From contig CALUYP010000018.1 in NCBI GenBank assembly GCA_944325055.1, positions 667 through 64,666 of the forward strand: a stretch of 64,000 bases of DNA, in the 5' to 3' direction. Origin of the DNA: an uncultured Elusimicrobiales bacterium (GTDB lineage: Bacteria; Elusimicrobiota; Elusimicrobia; Elusimicrobiales; Elusimicrobiaceae). Of the stretch, positions 62,147-64,000 are shown one piece after another. Position numbers and translations under genes: made by a program. The notes under the pieces are model-generated. The model did not search any database. It worked only from the letters and a program-made list of their open reading frames with translations, and was not told where the DNA came from. Within the stretch, counting starts at the first letter, position 1. Each line of letters starts with the position of its first letter.

Positions 62147-63145
62147 TTAAATTTTCATACCGAGCGAAAGTTTCATCTCGGCCAGTCTTTCTTTAATTTC
62201 GTCCATGGACTTGGCGCCGAAGTTCTTGATCATTTTCAAATCATCTTCGGACATTTTGACCAAGTCACGCACCGTATTGATATTTTCCGACTTCAGACAG
62301 TTAATGGAACGAGACGACAATTCAATAAACTCAATGGATTGATTGAGCAGTTCATCCTGTTTAGAATTAACACTCGCTCCAGCCACGGATCCGGTCATAG
62401 ATACGGGTTCTTCCACTGCTTCATCGCTGGTGGTGGCCACGCAGTCTGCTTCGCCTTCAATCGTGAAAATATGCAACGAACCGGACAGCAGTACCGCCGC
62501 CCGATGAAGCGCTTTGGCCGGCAACAAAGTTCCGTCCGTGGTAATTTCCAGAATCAAACGGTCATAGTCCGTCTTCTGCCCCACGCGGGCGGGTTCTACG
62601 TCGTAGTGTACCTTTACGATGGGAGAAAACAACGCATCCACCGGTATAAAACCAGCCGGGCGCTGTATTTTAGCCAAATCTTCCGCCGGAACATATCCTT
62701 TTCCGCGGGAAACCTCTATCTCCATCTCCAAGCTGCCGCCTACTTCCAGTGTAGCGAGGGGCAAATCTTTATTGATAATTTCCACCCCGTCTAATTCTTC
62801 GATATCAGCAGCCGTAATCACTCCGGGCTTCGCCGCATGCAACTGCAAATATTCGCGGTTTTTATCTTCCATTTTGATGCGCAGGCGTTTCAAATTGAGC
62901 AAGATATTGATCACATCTTCCCGCACATTAGGCAGCGTACTGAACTCGTGCACCGCACCGGTAATTCTAACGGCGGTGACAGCGGCTCCTTCCATGCCGG
63001 AAAGCAAAATCCGGCGCAAAGAGTTGCCCACCGTATGACCATAACCGCTTTCATACGGTTCTGCGATAAATTTACCGTAAGATCCGGATGCGGTCTTTTC
63101 TTCCAACTGAATCTTTTGGGGAAGGACTAAATTATTAAAAGCCAT
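62147..63145 (-). CDS. rpoA: DNA-directed RNA polymerase subunit alpha
   Basis: EPYESGYGHTVGNSLRRILLS, and a C-terminal HhH domain ELSSRSINCLKSENINTVRDLV. Confidence 0.95.
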   Translation of the reverse strand: MAFNNLVLPQKIQLEEKTASGSYGKFIAEPYESGYGHTVGNSLRRILLSGMEGAAVTAVRITGAVHEFSTLPNVREDVINILLNLKRLRIKMEDKNREYLQLHAAKPGVITAADIEELDGVEIINKDLPLATLEVGGSLEMEIEVSRGKGYVPAEDLAKIQRPAGFIPVDALFSPIVKVHYDVEPARVGQKTDYDRLILEITTDGTLLPAKALHRAAVLLSGSLHIFTIEGEADCVATTSDEAVEEPVSMTGSVAGASVNSKQDELLNQSIEFIELSSRSINCLKSENINTVRDLVKMSEDDLKMIKNFGAKSMDEIKERLAEMKLSLGMKI

Positions 63146-63159
63146 GTGTTTCCTCCAAA

Positions 63160-63789
63160 TTATTTAGAGTAGTATTCGACGATGAGCTGCTCGCTGACAG
63201 GGTAGGACATTTCCGCTCTGTCGGGCCATCTTAAAAGTTTACCGGTCATTTTCTCGGCGTCATATTCCAAAAAGCTGGGACGCGGATTGCGTTTCTCGAC
63301 GTCAGTAAGCCCTTGCTTGACCTGCACATTTTCAGCCAGTGCTTTATCCAAGGCTACTTTGTCTCCAATGCGCAGTTGATAAGACGGCACGTTTACCGCT
63401 TTGCCGTTGACGGTTACATAGCCGTGCAATACAATCTGACGGGCGGCTTTCAAAGATACCGCAAAACCTAAACGGCGCACCACATTGTCCAAGCGGGTTT
63501 CCAGCTTGCGCAAGAAATTTTCACCCGTTTGTCCTTCGGCTTTGGCGGCGGCGTCAAACAAATTGCGGAACGGAATTTCCGACATGCCGGATTGCAATCT
63601 GGCTTTTTGTTTTTCCTGTAACCGAATACCATATTCCGACACTTTGGCTTTTCTTACTTTTCCGCCGCGTTTAGCTACGGCCGCCAACTTGTCCATGACG
63701 CAGTTGGTGTAGCATTTGGTTCCTTTCAAGAAAAGTTTGCAATCTAATTTTCTGCATTTTTTGCAGCTGGGTCCTGTATATCTAGACAT
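63160..63789 (-). CDS. rpsD: 30S ribosomal protein S4
   Basis: MSRYTGPSCKKCRK..., and an S4 RNA-binding domain RLDNVVRRLGFAVSLKAARQIVLHGYVTVNGK. Confidence 0.95.
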   Translation of the reverse strand: MSRYTGPSCKKCRKLDCKLFLKGTKCYTNCVMDKLAAVAKRGGKVRKAKVSEYGIRLQEKQKARLQSGMSEIPFRNLFDAAAKAEGQTGENFLRKLETRLDNVVRRLGFAVSLKAARQIVLHGYVTVNGKAVNVPSYQLRIGDKVALDKALAENVQVKQGLTDVEKRNPRPSFLEYDAEKMTGKLLRWPDRAEMSYPVSEQLIVEYYSK

Positions 63790-63795
63790 AAATTC

Positions 63796-64000
63796 TTATA
63801 CTCTCCTGGCTTTGGGCGGTCTGCATCCGTTGTGGGGGATGGGGGTGATGTCTTTAATGGAAGACACGGTAAGTCCGGCTTGCTGTACGGCGCGTACGGC
63901 AGTTTCTCTGCCTTGGCCCGGGCCGCACACTTTTACGGCCACTTCGCGCATACCCATGGCAACGGCTTTTTCGGCCGCTTTATTGCTGGTAATTTGCGCG
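63796..64000 (-). CDS. rpsK: 30S ribosomal protein S11 (5'-truncated by window edge)
   Basis: This is my own minus-strand translation; the gene is not in the ORF track because the start lies off-window. It reads ...[70 protein letters not shown]. Confidence 0.9.
   Translation of the reverse strand, partial: AQITSNKAAEKAVAMGMREVAVKVCGPGQGRETAVRAVQQAGLTVSSIKDITPIPHNGCRPPKARRV

Noticed and set aside
62039-62794. 251-aa plus-strand ORF
   Set aside because: It is antisense to rpoA and rplQ, which are unambiguous.
1-64000. Search for CRISPR arrays, IS elements, integrases, prophage or tRNA-linked islands, and toxin-antitoxin or defence cassettes
   Set aside because: I could see no spaced direct repeats, transposase or integrase-like ORFs, or terminal inverted repeats. 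Both tRNA genes are flanked by housekeeping genes. The PIN-PhoH gene is the widespread PhoH2 fusion, with no adjacent small partner ORF.

Overview
The window is a gene-dense (about 90% coding) chromosomal segment from a diderm, probably anaerobic bacterium. I found no rRNA, CRISPR array, transposase, integrase or obvious prophage or defence island.

Recognisable content, in order:
- The 3' end of a LolC/E permease gene, then lolD and two Sel1-repeat genes.
- A GH57 glucan enzyme.
- A PIN-PhoH (PhoH2) ATPase.
- An orphan 1232-aa secreted/membrane coiled-coil protein.
- NfnAB-like ferredoxin:NADP oxidoreductase.
- An ndk operon carrying two degenerate-looking hydrolase homologues.
- A Gfo/Idh/MocA - lpxB - short Rel - zinc-ribbon operon.
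- A POT peptide transporter.
- gatCA plus a Nudix hydrolase.
- A ychF - m5U methyltransferase - pcrA/uvrD cluster.
- tRNA-Glu(CUC) and tRNA-Phe(GAA).
- An alpha-glucan phosphorylase and trmL.
- A lone type IV pilin.
- A four-subunit 2-oxoacid:ferredoxin oxidoreductase.
- A long minus-strand cluster: gcvT-H-PA-PB, a lipoate ligase-like gene, an M50B-like protease, an AsmA-like protein, a phosphoribosyltransferase and rlmI.
- A YgjP/DUF45 metalloprotease gene interrupted by an in-frame TAG.
- A split ChrA pair.
- A second long minus-strand cluster: rpsK-rpsD-rpoA-rplQ, running with an 8-nt gap into mreBCD-mrdA-rodA-DUF2344-rng-amidase.

The Lol, LpxB and AsmA genes, the ferredoxin-linked metabolism and the pilin fit Elusimicrobiota-like gut anaerobes. 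That taxonomic guess is low confidence.

No clear-cut novel multi-gene system is visible. The best leads are:
- the insulated orphan giant protein;
- the in-frame TAG;
- the pair of apparent pseudoenzymes;
- the truncated Rel coupled to a membrane zinc-ribbon protein;
- the Lol - Sel1-repeat operon.

All calls rest on reading the translated ORFs and the DNA by eye. No database searches or computations were run.
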